64,000 nt of DNA from Elsinoe ampelina (taxonomy: Eukaryota): NCBI GenBank assembly GCA_010093995.1, contig ML992501.1, forward strand, positions 1,456,566-1,520,565, written 5' to 3'. Shown here piece by piece: positions 1-12,612 of this stretch; position 1 is the stretch's first letter; each line of letters starts with the position of its first letter. Both the position numbers and the translations under genes were made by a program. The notes under the pieces were generated by a model. The model did no database searches and was not told the DNA's origin. It worked only from the letters and a program-made list of their open reading frames with translations.

Positions 1-346
1 GTTTTGGCGTCGTTGTGTCGTCATTTTCGAGGTTTAAAGGCGTCCATGGATCCTCCCGATTTAAGACACATCACATGACATCCAGGTTTTCGGAACCTAC
101 AAAGTGGGGATAGGGGAACGTCTGGGGACTTTGCAAATTTGTATAGAGCTATGTTTTCTGGTCATCTCGTTGCGGACCAATGCTTTGTCGAGGCTCAAAT
201 GACCGCACGTGACTCTTCCGTCCCAGAGTCTCGCATCTGTATTGGAGCATTCGAACATTTCAGTGTTATGTATTTGACGGTGGCTATATACAATTGTCGC
301 CATTTTGTGGCTCACACAACGGGAATTTTCTGCTGTCTTGCTGCGC

Positions 347-1635
347 TTAAACACGGGCAAGCATGTACCTGACACCGGCCCAGGTCTCGACGGCGGTAGG
401 TCTGATCTGAGCAGCAGGGAGCACGAAGCCGGTGCTACCAGTGTCACGAAGCTCATAGGTGAAGGAGTAAGTGGCACCACCAACATCTCCAACGTAATCG
501 GTGGAGGAACCAGATGTGGCGTAGAGAGTGCTGCAGGACGGACCAGTGGTGTAAGTGGTACCAGAAACAGCGCGAATAGCAGCACCGGCACCTGCGGCCA
601 AGGAGTTCTGGGCAGCCTGGTTTGTGGCCTGGGCGGTGCAGCTGTAGCCCTTGGGAGTGAGAATGTACTGGCCGTAAGAGTGGAAGTCAATGTAGAGTCT
701 GATACCCTGGGCAGCCTTGAGGGCCTGGACGTTGGCGACAAGACCGCGGATCTCTGGAGAATCACCTTGCGCAACTCCACGGTACGTCTCCGAGCAAGGA
801 TTTGTGGATGACCCTCCAGGAACAGACCACTGGTATGGCCAGTTACGGTTGTTATCGCGACCCACGCAGGTGTTCCCGCTGACAGTCTGCCTGTTCTTGC
901 GCCACAAGCGATCAGTGGTTTGGGAGTAGAGGAAGCCATCCGGGTTGACTGGGACACTGTTAGAGAGTATCAGGGACATGGGGATGAGTATTGCCTACCA
1001 ATGGGGAAGATCTCGAATTGGAACTTGTTGACCGCAGTGGTAACCTCAGTGTTGGTGTTGTAGCCAGTCAGAAGCTGGTAGGCGAAGTACTCGACGTTCA
1101 TGGAGGTGATCCACTCACGAGCATGAACGTTGCCGTGGAACAACACATTGGGCCTTGCGTTCTCGCCACCGCTACCCCAGATACGGATACCAGTGATAAC
1201 ACGACCCTGGGAAGAGGAGCCCGCAGTGATGATCTTGGAGTTGGACGGGAAGGCACCCTGGAGATCGCGGAGGAAGGTCAAGTGGTCCGCGTACGGGTGG
1301 TAAGTGTCCCACCAAGTTGTGGAGGGAACTGCGGCAATGCTGACATAGTCGCTGGTGGTCTCCTGCGCGATGGAAGCGCCAAGATCCTCGTCGACTACGG
1401 TGCTGTTGAGACCGAGAGCCTCGAATGCGGCAAGCTTGGCTGGAGAGACAACGACATCAACCTCCTCAGCAGAGCTGATCTGCGAAAGATGGAATTGGCG
1501 AGTGGACTCGTGAATGGCCTTTGCGTCACCAGCGACACGGAATGCCTTGAAGCCGGTGTAGTCGACCTTTGGCTCACGAGGGAGGACGGAGGCTGTGGCC
1601 AAAGCGGCGAGAGAGGACCAGATAGCAGCCTTCAT
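347..1635 (-). CDS. Secreted zinc carboxypeptidase A/B (MEROPS M14A) with propeptide; 2 exons, intron 949..998
   Basis: Signal peptide MKAAIWSSLAALATA; HAREW zinc motif, NPDG, DNNRNW, DFHSYGQ and ELR motifs. The GTAGGC..CTAAC..CAG intron joins FPI|VNPDG. Confidence 0.93.
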
Positions 1636-3374
1636 GGTGGATGATTTGCGGGTTGAAGAGTGATGGGTACAAGCTCTGGGGTGGGACGTACGAGTTATAT
1701 ATTCGCCAAAGCCAGAATCGCGGTCAAGAGGGTGTTTCGAATATGGCAGGTGTGATCTGCAGTCTCACGCCTCTGGGCTGATAGACTTTGGAGACCAATC
1801 TTGTGAAGGTTTGTATGGCGGCCCATGGTGGTGGCCAGCATGTGGAATTCCCCGGTGACGCGAGAACAGAGGCGACAATGTCAACCATGATGGGCTGGCG
1901 GTGATTGTGGACCTTCCTAAACCAAGCAGAACCCGCGACGTGCTCAAGCCCGAGGAGGGAGACCATTGGAGGTTGTGACCAAATGAACAGGACATACCAA
2001 GACTTGCCAAGAGAGACGGCGCCGGCGCTCCCAAACGCAAGACGGACGGGGGGTAGATCGCCCCTGGGGATCAATGCGTGGTGTTGTGGTGATCACATGC
2101 AATGGTTGACTTGCCATCGAAGACAGGAAGGACTCAATCAGTCACACAAGAATAGCGTTGGCTGTTCTTTGGATATCACTCAAGGGCGTGTCGTGAAGCG
2201 GAGAGGAGGAGGTGAGGTGGTCAGAAGGAGCGGAGACGGCCGTCAGGGCAAGAACTGGAAGGTTTCAAATGTCGGACATTTCAGACTTGAGGAATATTCC
2301 TTGACACTTCGAAACTTCCAATCGCCTTCTAGCCATCTGCCGTCGAGTCGATACCCAAGCGAGCGTGGCTTGATGCCCTGCCTGTGATCAACATCGCTTG
2401 TTTCCGTTCAGGTCAGGGACTTTTGAGGCTGTTTGATCTTCATCTGGGCAATGCAAAGACGATGGGATCTGCGCAAATCATCCGCACCTCGTTCATGCGC
2501 GTGTTCCAGCTGACCAGATGTCAGTCCTGGGCAGAGAGCAACAAGACCGTACAGTCCTACACCTATCTTCAGCATCCTAGGGAGTTGAACATACCTCGAA
2601 AGACAGGCCCACTATCTCCTGCACAGACGCATTTCATCTATTATGCATACTTTTGAGACTCCTTGGCTTTGGCTAAGCGACCACAGTCTAGATAAGGTAC
2701 AAACGCCTGGACCACTCCAAGTGACATGCAAGCACATCATCAACAGACTTCTGGTTCCTGCCCAATGGTCAACTCGGCTCTTTGGGCTTCTCCATCTGTT
2801 CCTCAAGCCACCGGTCCTGTTCAAGCTATCCCCCCCAGTCTGCTAGTCCCGCATGGGAAGTTCACAAGGGCACTGGCCGGCCATAGCCGCCGCTCCAATA
2901 TCAAGGTGCTTGTTCCGTGAGCTTGATCCACCTGCATTTGTTGTTACCGTCGATGCAGACCAGCATCCTCGTTGAGGACATCACGAGACCATGCGCAGCG
3001 CTGCGGGCTGGAGTGGTGGTAGGACCGAGCTTGGTCGGGCTCGGTCGAGCTCCATGAAAGAGCTCTGAAGTAGGTCGCGGCGTAGGGATGCGGACGAGCA
3101 GATATGGCCGTGCAGAGAGAAACGTCCGCCTCAAATTTGTAGCACACTCGAATCGCGACTACCATGAACTGATGCATTGCTCATGCTATTGAGATGCGTT
3201 TGCTGCGAGCCCGGAAAGGTGAGGACACAAAACTGCGTAAGAACAAATCTGGTTCACCAGACTCTTCGGATTTTCGTGACGAAATGCTTGTGAGGCTGAT
3301 TGTTGACCTTCGAGACAATACTGTCTGGAATCCCGAACACTCAGCAGTGCCGCATGATCGAGCATTTCACTTCG

Positions 3375-4151
3375 ATGGCATCCGTTAGTCGACCTCTCGC
3401 AGTGCTCCGCCTGCCACCGTCACTCCGCTCCTCTCTCCTTCCCGCCCTCCAAAGCACGGCACCCTCGTTACATCGACAATACCATAGTCCCGAAACACCC
3501 GACCCTCCACCTTACTCATCACCACAGTCTCAAATTCTCTCCTCCGCCCTCTCTCATGTCCCAGAGTCAGGCTTCACTCTCCAGTCTCTCCGTAATGGCC
3601 TCGCAGACAACTCCTACCCAGCCTCGTCACTCAATCTCTTCCCTCGCGCAGAGTTCGATCTGGTCCTTTACCATCTCCGCACCCAGCGACTCGCTCTCAA
3701 GGATCGAGTCCAGTTCCCTGACCCCTCTGGTCCCGGTGTAGGGCGACGAGTCCGCACCCTCATACTTTCGCGACTGCAGGGCAATGTCGAAGCCGATGTT
3801 GTAGGCAAGTGGTCCGAAGCGTTGGGCCTCATGTCACTGGCAGAGAACATACCCTCTTCCCTGAAAGAGCTTGGGCTTCTGAGCGACGAGATCTGGTATT
3901 TATCAGGCGACACTGCGGTGGACGGCAGCTGGTACAGCAAGCGAGCAAGTCTTGGGGCAGTCTATGCTTCTGCCGAGATATTTCAAGGTCAAGATCAGAG
4001 CACGGATTTCAAGGATACCGAGCAATTCGTGAATCGCAGATTGGAGGAAGTCAGAACACTAGGCGGAGCCATCAGCAACTTTGGCGAATGGGCGAGCTTC
4101 CAGGGCACCGCGGCTGTGAATCTAGCAAGGAGTCTGGGAGCACGAATATGA
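3375..4151 (+). CDS. COQ9: Ubiquinone biosynthesis protein COQ9, mitochondrial
   Basis: Presequence-like N-terminus; ILSSALSHVPESGF and LSDEIWYLSGD..D.SWYSKRASL..VY...E....QDQS.DF.DT.F..RRL are typical COQ9 motifs. Start placed at the first ATG after the ORF-track TTG/upstream ATG is uncertain. Confidence 0.9.
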   Translation: MASVSRPLAVLRLPPSLRSSLLPALQSTAPSLHRQYHSPETPDPPPYSSPQSQILSSALSHVPESGFTLQSLRNGLADNSYPASSLNLFPRAEFDLVLYHLRTQRLALKDRVQFPDPSGPGVGRRVRTLILSRLQGNVEADVVGKWSEALGLMSLAENIPSSLKELGLLSDEIWYLSGDTAVDGSWYSKRASLGAVYASAEIFQGQDQSTDFKDTEQFVNRRLEEVRTLGGAISNFGEWASFQGTAAVNLARSLGARI

Positions 4152-4814
4152 TCGATCACGGACATGGTTATGGCGGATTGGTTGACGCTGTATGAATACG
4201 CATACATTGTGGCTTGTCCGACCGAGAACAATGCACAGATACCCTCGCAACAAATGTAATATATTCTTGGTCAGTCATACCTTACCGCCACATCAGCCCA
4301 TCAGTCTCGCACTTCAGCTCTGACCACGCCTGCCTGTCGAGCAAACCCAGCTATGCTCTCTTTCACCTGAAGTATCTGGAGATGGCTATTGGAACGGGTC
4401 TGCGGTTGAATTGTATTCCGAGCCGCAACCCCGCATCAATGTCAGCTTCAGTCAATAAGCAGGCTACAGCGCGGGTTAACCCCTACTTTATATTGAAAGA
4501 GGGCCTGATGCAAGGATGAAGGGAGAAGAACTGCCGGACAGGGGCCACTTCGTGACTCCTCACGTCCGGATTGTCGATGATCTCCTCTTGCGGATCTATT
4601 TGTCCACTCCAAGCTGCGCTGTCGAGCTGCGTGGGACACATACTGCAAGCCACCGCAGATCACAGGGGTCTTTGTGTGCTGAAGTGCTGACAGGTCTGGA
4701 AACCACTTGGATGAAGAGGGTAAGTTATCGTTCCATTTATTCAAAAGGTCCAGGTAGGACGCTGATTCTCCGTGCTTTTACAAATCTTTCTCGTTCACTA
4801 CGGCATCGTCTCCT

Positions 4815-6721
4815 ATGCTTCGATCCGCTGTTCTTGTGTTATGCTTCTTAAGCGCATCGCTATTCACAAAAGCTACCTCAGCAGCGCCGACAAGATATAC
4901 TGGAGACTGCGACGAGTATGACTTTGTGAGTAGCCATGGGCAGGAAGAACGCAAACAATCCGTATCTAACACGAGCAGATCATCGTTGGCGGAGGTACAG
5001 CTGGCATTGCTCTCGCCACTCGACTGAGTCAGCGTCTACCCAACGATCGCATACTACTTCTCGAAGCCGGACCGACCGTGCTAGACGATCCTCGTATCAA
5101 TATTCCAGGGAGGAAGGGCTCTGCTTTAGGGACCGTATATGATTGGAATTGGACAACCACTCCACAGGAAGCTGCAAACGGTCGGACTGTGGCTGTCAAT
5201 CGCGGTAAAGTCCTAGGAGGCACATCGGCCATCAATTTGTTATGCTGGGACCGTGCCTCAGTGGCAGATTATGATGCATGGGAAGCTATTGGCAACCCCG
5301 GGTGGAACTGGAAGAATATGATCGATGCCATGCTCAAGGTTGAGAATTTCACTGGCATCAACACAGAGACTTATGCCTCCGAGGGCGTGGGTGTAGGTGG
5401 ACCAATCGACACTGTAATCAATCGCATTCAGCCTACGCAACAGACCTACTGGCTCCCAACTCTGAAGTCGCTTGGAATCTCTGGAAACCTCAACTCCTTG
5501 AACGGCAACCCTCTAGGCGTCGAGCTCCAACCAAGCAACATCGACCCAACAGGTTACATCCGCAAATACTCCACCAACTCTTACCTCCCGGAAGCCGGAC
5601 CAAACCTCGAAGTCCGCGACCAAACTCTCGTCAACAAGATCCTCTTCACCCGCCGCCACCACAAACTCCGCGCCACCGCCGTCTCCCTCTCCACCAACCA
5701 GACCATCTCCGCCAAAAAAGAAATCATCCTCTCAGCCGGCACGATCCAATCCCCAGGTCTCCTCGAACCCTCCGGCATCGGCTCCCCCTCCATCCTCAAC
5801 CCCCTCTCCATCCCCCTCCTCCACCCCCTCCCCGGCGTCGGCGCCAACCTCCAAGACCACGTCCGCATCACCGCCTCCTACCAGCTGAAACAAAACTACA
5901 CCTCCTTCGACGCCCTCCGCGTCAACGCCACCTTCGCCGCCGAGCAACTCGCCCTCTACAACGCCTCCCTCCCCTCCCTCTACGACTTCACCGGCTCAGC
6001 CTACCTCTTCGCGACCTGGCCACAAGTGCTTCCCAAGGACACCACCGCGCGCCTCACCGCCCTCGCCAACACCACCTTCTCCTCCTCCCCGTCCCCCGTC
6101 ATCCGCCGCAAACTCGCCTACCTCCTCGACCCCGCCGGCATCGGCGCCGCCACCACGCCACAGCTGGAGATCATTTTCTCGGACGGCTACACCGGCGTGA
6201 CGGGCTACCCGGCTCCCTCGTCGCCTTTGTACGGACAGGGCTTCTCGACTCTGATAGCGGGGCTGCAGCACCCGTTTTCGGAAGGGAGTGTGCATGTCAA
6301 TTCCACGGTGGCGGACGCCGCGCCGTTGATCGACCCCAATTACCTGAGTAATGAGTATGAGATACAGGCGTTGGTGGAGATTGTAAAGTTCATGAGGGAG
6401 GTGGCGGGGACGTACCCGTTGGCTCAGGCGTGGGAGGGGGAGTATGAGCCTGGCCCCGAGGTGGTGGGGGATGAGGCGGTGAGGGACTATGTCAAGAGGA
6501 CGGTGGCGTCGTTGTATCACCCTGTGGGCACGTGTGGGATGATGCCGCTTGAGGATGGAGGGGTGGTGGATCCGGAGTTGAAGGTTTATGGGACCGAGGG
6601 GTTGAGGGTCGTGGATGCTAGTGTGATGCCGATTTTGGTGCCGGGGCATATACAGACGGCCGTGTATGGGATTGCGGAACGGGCGGCGGATTTGATTGTC
6701 GGGGAGTGGGGAGGGAAGTGA
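4815..6721 (+). CDS. Secreted GMC oxidoreductase (AA3, glucose/aryl-alcohol/choline dehydrogenase-like); intron 4926..4978
   Basis: Signal peptide; splicing gives YDF|IIVGGGTAG (FAD-binding). Also RGKVLGGTSAIN, VGANLQDH, YHPVGTC and LRVVDAS. Confidence 0.93.
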
Positions 6722-6806
6722 GCAGGTATGTGGAAAGATGGTAATGTCATAGGACTTGTATGAAGGGTATCGATACGGCTACGGAGCTGGTCTACCAACA
6801 AGGGTA

Positions 6807-8741
6807 TTATAGCTTTGCGCTAGATATGTGGCCCGCTAATTCCTTTACTTCCTCCTCAATCTTTTCGCCTTCTTTAAAAGGATCGTACATGCGTTCGCGG
6901 ACGTATTGCTCTAACTCGGCGTCGCCGAGGCCACGCAGGCTGAGTTCACGATCGACCTTGTCCTGCTGAGCGGCGCGGATGACACCGCAGGTAACTTGGA
7001 CGGACACGTCCCTGATGCGCTCGATAGCTGGGTAAAGACTGAGCTCGTCCTTCTCATGTTGGGTCAGACTACCTGAAAGTGCAACGGCAGAGGCGTAGAT
7101 CATTTCTTGGGTCACGTTGACGGCTTTGCTGAGAATGGCTCCTAGCCCGATACCGGGAAAGACGTAGACATTGTTACCTTGACCCGGAGTAAGGGACTTT
7201 CCGCCGTACTCGAGTGATGGGAAGGGACTGCCGGAGGCGAAGAGGCATCGGCCTTTGGTATACTTGACTGCCTCTTCGAAAGTGCATTCCGACTTTGAGC
7301 TCGGATTGGACAGAGGGAAGATGATAGGGCGATCATTCAGCTCGGCCATGCGTTTGATGATTGTGGGAGTGAAAGCACCGCCAATGGTCGAAAGTCCGAT
7401 GAGGATAGTAGGCTTGACGTATTCGATCACCTCTTCCAGGCTGCGGTACTGTTGACCTTTGTTGTCAGGACGTGAGAAGTAGATCTTGTGTTCAGGTAGT
7501 TTGTCGCCGCGGTCATCAGTGACCAGACCTTTCGAGTCCACGAGCCAGAAATTCCTGCGAGCTTGCTCTTCACTAAGACCCTCCTTGACAAAATACTCGA
7601 CAAGCTGCTTGGCCACACCAACACCAGCTGAGCCAGCACCAAGGAACACTGCCCGTTGATCTTCTGGTCGTACACCAGACTGCTTGCATGCTTCGATGAA
7701 GCCTCCTAGTACGACAGCGCCGGTGCCTTGGATGTCGTCGTTGAACATGGAGTAAGTGTGCTGGTATCTTTCGAGAGAGGGGAAAGGATTCTTGAAGTCT
7801 TCATACTGAATGACAATGCCGGGCCATCGTTCCGTCAGAGCAGCCATAAGCTCATCAAGGAACTCTTTCTCTTCCTCAGCGGTGACCTTGTCACGACGGC
7901 TTCCCATGTACAGAGGATCATTCCGGAGCTTTTCGTTGCTGGTGCCCAGGTCCAAGCAGAGTGGCAGTGTGCGATCCGGTCGAATACCTGCACAGGCGGT
8001 GTAAAGGGAGAGCTTGCCAATCGGGATACCCATGCCATTGATGCCGAGGTCACCCAGTCCGAGGATCCTCGAGCCATCCGTCACTACCGTGATCTCGACG
8101 TCGTGTGGCCAGTTGTGGAGGATCTGTGACAGGTGGCCTTTGTCTGAGTAGGAGAGGTACATGCCCTCGGGCTGTGTGTAGAGCTCCGACCATCTCTGGC
8201 AGATCTCGCCGACCACCGGAGTGTAGATCAAGGGTGTCAACTCCTTGATGTTGTGCGCAAGCAGTCGGTAGAAGAGGTGTACATTCGTGTACCGCAGTCG
8301 GGAGAGATACAAGTGCTTGCCTACCAGGGTCTGCTTGTTGTGTAGTTGTTTCATGCATCTCAGCTCTTGCGTGTCGAAAGACTCGACGGCGGGAGGAGTC
8401 AGGCCATAGGTTTGGATGAGTTTGCGAGCTTCAATTGTGTTTGAGGTGTCGAACTCGCTGTTTCTGCACGGCGCATAAGCATGTTTCATGTCAACTCCTC
8501 GGGGAACATCCTACACTGGAGCAATGCCTCGCTTGAATGAAGGAGGATGTGCTGACTTGATGTTCGCGGCAGGTATGTCTTTGCTAATCGGCATCGTGGA
8601 GGCAAATCGAGTTTGCGAGGTAGAGGACGACACGGATCTCGAAGCTGTAGTATAAGTGCTCGAGGATGAATACCTAGCAGCCGAGGCTCGTGAGAGGTGG
8701 ACAAGAGTGCTGAAATTCCTAGGTACGAGAGGCAATTGCAT
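6807..8741 (-). CDS. NAD(P)-dependent malic enzyme; intron 8464..8514
   Basis: GLTPP, PLIYTPVVG, VVTDGSRILGLGDLG, FNDDIQGTG, FLGAGSAG, PLSNP and QGNN motifs. N-terminal Ser/Arg-rich extension and C-terminal AKL. Confidence 0.95.
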
Positions 8742-9723
8742 CGCTCAGGAAGTCAATAGAGAAGCCGAAGCCGGCGTTTGACCTGGACCTGAATTGACGT
8801 GACCCCAGAAAAAAAAGTTGAAAGTCGAAACAGGCCGAGGGACGGAAATGCTTCGGGGAGAGTCGGGAGATGGTTCTCAGCGGTATGTTGCAAGGTTGTG
8901 TGAGGGAAGAGAAGGTCAAGATGAGGCTGGACAATGAGAGATCTGGTAGTTACAGGCGTATCTAAAGACTACCAGAACTATCAGCCGAGATAGTGTTGCG
9001 AGTGGGAAGGATCAAATAATGTCCGACTTCGTTGCTCGCGTGAGATGTGAGTCGTGCAAGCTCAATCTTGATGATTTCCCTTGAACCAAGAAGAAATTCG
9101 TGGGAGCAGCTGGTCATAGCTCCCTCACGCTGCAGATCCCGACAATGATGAATTTCCAGGGTCAGTTGCCGAACAATTTGGTTACTTGTTGAATCTGCTG
9201 AAGAAGCGGACATGGATGGCTCAAGGGTATCCGGCTTTATCATGGTCATCTCTGTCCTTATCTGAATCGGCCGCCGTGGTATGCGAGTTCCGCCATGTCC
9301 GGCATTGTGTTGGACATCGGGTGAAGAGCCGAAACAGTCATACCGTATTGCCTGGAGATATCTCGCATGAAAAGCTGCCGGGATCGGCCATGTTTGTGTG
9401 GTCAACGCGGGGAAACAAGCCATCGACAAGACATTCCAACCTGATTCCAAGAATGCCCTGCCCTGGCGACAATCAAGCTGGCGCGAAGTTGGCAATGACG
9501 ATGAGACAAGGCAATCAGCTCTACTGACTGGTCAGTTCCCCGCATCTTGCGCTTCTTGATATTGCCTTCCAAGCACGATGCATGCTCAAGAGTCATTACA
9601 AAGGCATTATTGCATGTCTATCCACTTGGCCCACATTGAAGTCTCTATGATGGTATCTTTAGCAATTCACAAGCTTGCCCAATCCGAACCGTACCATTGA
9701 CGCCCCGCCACGCACAAATGTCC

Positions 9724-11689
9724 TCATGGCATTATTGGTCCTACCTCATCATCCCAGATCTTGACCTTCTCTGCATACTCCTTGATGTTGGAAACAACGC
9801 TGTCGGGTATCGAGTGACCTTGGCCACCAGCGACCTTGAGGATCAGCTCGTTCAAAGAAGAACGTCCGAGAATATCGACATGGTCACCTGCCACATGATT
9901 AGCCACTTCTCGATACTGCGACTAGTACCGACGTACCTGTATTTGGTCCACCTCTGGGATTGAACCTGTCCGGCTCGTGAGGCATTTCGTAGCTCGTGAC
10001 CTTGATGCCACTTGGGTTATAACGCCTCATCTTCCATCCCTTGTTGCACATGTACCCACTGCTGAGAAGATTCACAGTCCCATCTCCCTCACCCATGATG
10101 ACCCCGTGGTCGATGTTGTTCTCCGGCATGGTCAGAGAGGTATCAATACTGACATTCACTCCGGCTCCCAGTATCGATTCGTGGTGGTAATAGTATGCTC
10201 GTTCTGTTGGCTTTCCAACTCCATAGAAGCAATAAATTCGCATGTTTGGGGCCTTTGGCAAGCGTGTTTCCAGAGGGTTGATCCACTTCGATTGGATGAG
10301 CTGGTTGGCCTCGACTTCATGCTTAGTATGCGCCACGCCGTGGGAATACGATTGTGCGACCATGTTGCTATACCAATCTTCGGAATGCTTGAATAGCCAT
10401 GGTAGAGATTCATCGACCGTCAGGTTCGATTTGGTATCCGTGCTGTTAGGACTGCGAAAGGAGATGAAATTGCCGAATGTGACGTTCTGGTTGGGCAAGT
10501 CATCTGGTGCACCATCCATATCACCCCAAACAGCATTGCCACCGATGGGCAGCATACTGGACAGACCTGGCATGGCTCGGAAGATCTCTGCTCGCTCTGC
10601 TCGACTCAAGAACTTCTCCAGACCATACACGGCGAAAGCATTCATCTGCGCTGTATCCTTCATCTCGCCAGAAAGTACTGCTGGAACGTCCTTGAGTGCA
10701 CCAAGCAGGCAGCCAGAGATGTTGATCCATGAGTCGACATGCTCTTCCACCCAATTTGGTCCACCATTACCAAAGCTCTCACCTTCCGCTTCGACCCAGT
10801 GTAGAAAGTAATATAGCACTTGACTGCCCATGCTGTGGCTGAGCAGACTGACTTTCATTCCCGAGACCGTCTTTGCCAATTCGATATGGCTCTTTAATCG
10901 CGTAAAGTACTGATCTCGCTTCTCCAGATTAATGTATGATAATCGCCAATCATAAGCAGCCGTAAATGCATTAGTCGGATCGTACCCCACCGTCGCCAAA
11001 TTCTCCAAGATCTTGTTCCATATCCAGTACCCAGTAATGAAGAAATCCGCAGCGTCAAATCCCTGCGCCGCTCTCAGCTTGATCCCCGGTGGATCCATGC
11101 CCGTGTTCTTGTCCAACATGATATGCTTCTTCCAGACCGCCTTGTCTAGCACCAATGCCCGCATCATGCTCCAACTTCCCCATAATCTCTTGCGAAAGTA
11201 TTGCCTGCTCTGTTCTTCCGTTCCCCAGCTCTCCAGCCCTGTCGAGATCACTCCTGGTATCATGATCACAGGGTGTTGCGCCTTAATACCCTGGCTCCTA
11301 GCATGTAACCCCACCGAGAAGCTGTCGTAGTTCACTGCATCCCTCTCTTGCTTTTGTAGATTCTGCGCATCCTTGACCAGACCAGCGGGAAGTACATCGA
11401 ATAGACTGTCCAGATTCATGTCCTTGATAGCTGGAAAGTCCATGAGGTCGTTCCCACCAGCAAAGAACCCTGCGACCAAGATGCCAAACAGCCCTCCGAG
11501 CCCGAAGATCCAGGCATTGCGTCGCTTTGATCCCTTCGGCCTCCCGCGGATCTTGTGGTATTCCTTTGACGGCACAACGCGAAACTCTTCGCTCCCTGGA
11601 TTCGGTGATCCTTCTCGTGATATGTCTGGTGTCGAGCCGGGGGAGTCATCCGTGACTACGGACAAGAATCGCCGGCGTAACTCGGCCAT
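9724..11689 (-). CDS. LRO1: Phospholipid:diacylglycerol acyltransferase (LCAT family); one 3' intron near 9885..9937
   Basis: N-terminal TM helix (WIFGLGGLFGILVAGFF), PGVISTGLESW, YDWRL, HSMG nucleophile motif, GEGDGTV. The last exon gives HVDILG. Confidence 0.93.
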
Positions 11690-11936
11690 GGCGAAACTCG
11701 AAGACGAAATTGCGCAGGCTGCGCATGAAAAGGGCGCGTCGGAGTTGGAAACAGGTCGCGCAAATACTTTGGGCATGTGAAGGGAGGTGGGTGGCTTCAG
11801 AGGCACGACGTCATTGGTCGGACCCGAAGTCTGCCGGTTTGGTTCGGCGGGACATGTGAAGGTGACTTTCTTCACACCGGAAATATCTCCTAATTACTGT
11901 CATCGAACATATCGACGATGGGGAGACGCAGCAATC

Positions 11937-12531
11937 ATGACCGGCAACCATGACACCAGTCTCAGATACATCCAGTATAGCCAGGAGCTCGAGACCAAGT
12001 ATCTGACAGCCATCCGAACCCTGATCTCCAAGGACCTCTCGGAGCCCTACAGCATTTATGTTTATCGATATTTTCTATACCAATGGGGTGAGCTCTGCTA
12101 TCTGGCAGTGGATGAAAGCGACACGCTTATTGGTGTGGTTGTAAGCAAGCTTGAGGTTCACCGTGGAGGACCACTGAGAGGATATATTGCCATGCTAGCC
12201 GTAAGGGATGACCAAAGAGGGAAAGGAATCGCCACCAAGCTAGTCTGCATGGCGATCGAAGCAATGACGGTCAAAAATGCGGACGAGGTGGGTATATTAC
12301 AATCTACATCTAGTCTACATGCTGATCAACTCAAAGATTGCCCTCGAAACCGAGATCGATAACATCGCCTCCCTGAAGCTATACGAACGGCTTGGATTCA
12401 TACGGACGAAGCGGTTGCACAGGTATTACCTGAATGGCAACTCTGCTTTTCGATTGGTCCTATATCTGAAGGAAGGTACGGCATTGAAGCCGACTCAACC
12501 GCCGGCTTATCCTGAAGACCAATATTACTGA
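11937..12531 (+). CDS. MAK3: NatC N-alpha-acetyltransferase catalytic subunit (Naa30); intron ~12288..12337
   Basis: LISKDLSEPYSIYVYRYFL, RGYIAMLAV...RGKGIA, LETE, LYERLGF, RYYLNG. Confidence 0.95.
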
Positions 12532-12612
12532 GGCAGTCATGCTTTGCTGGATAGCAAGCAGTTAGCCCGCTCTCGGACTTGGCCCACACTTCGAAGAGAC
12601 ATTCCACAGCGC

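Noticed and set aside
305..1644. Long + strand ORFs (305..811, 991..1644) and alternative-frame ORF 97..957
   Set aside because: Shadows of the codon-biased carboxypeptidase gene; the same applies to antisense ORFs over GMC, GatB, COG6, MCM2 and the P450.
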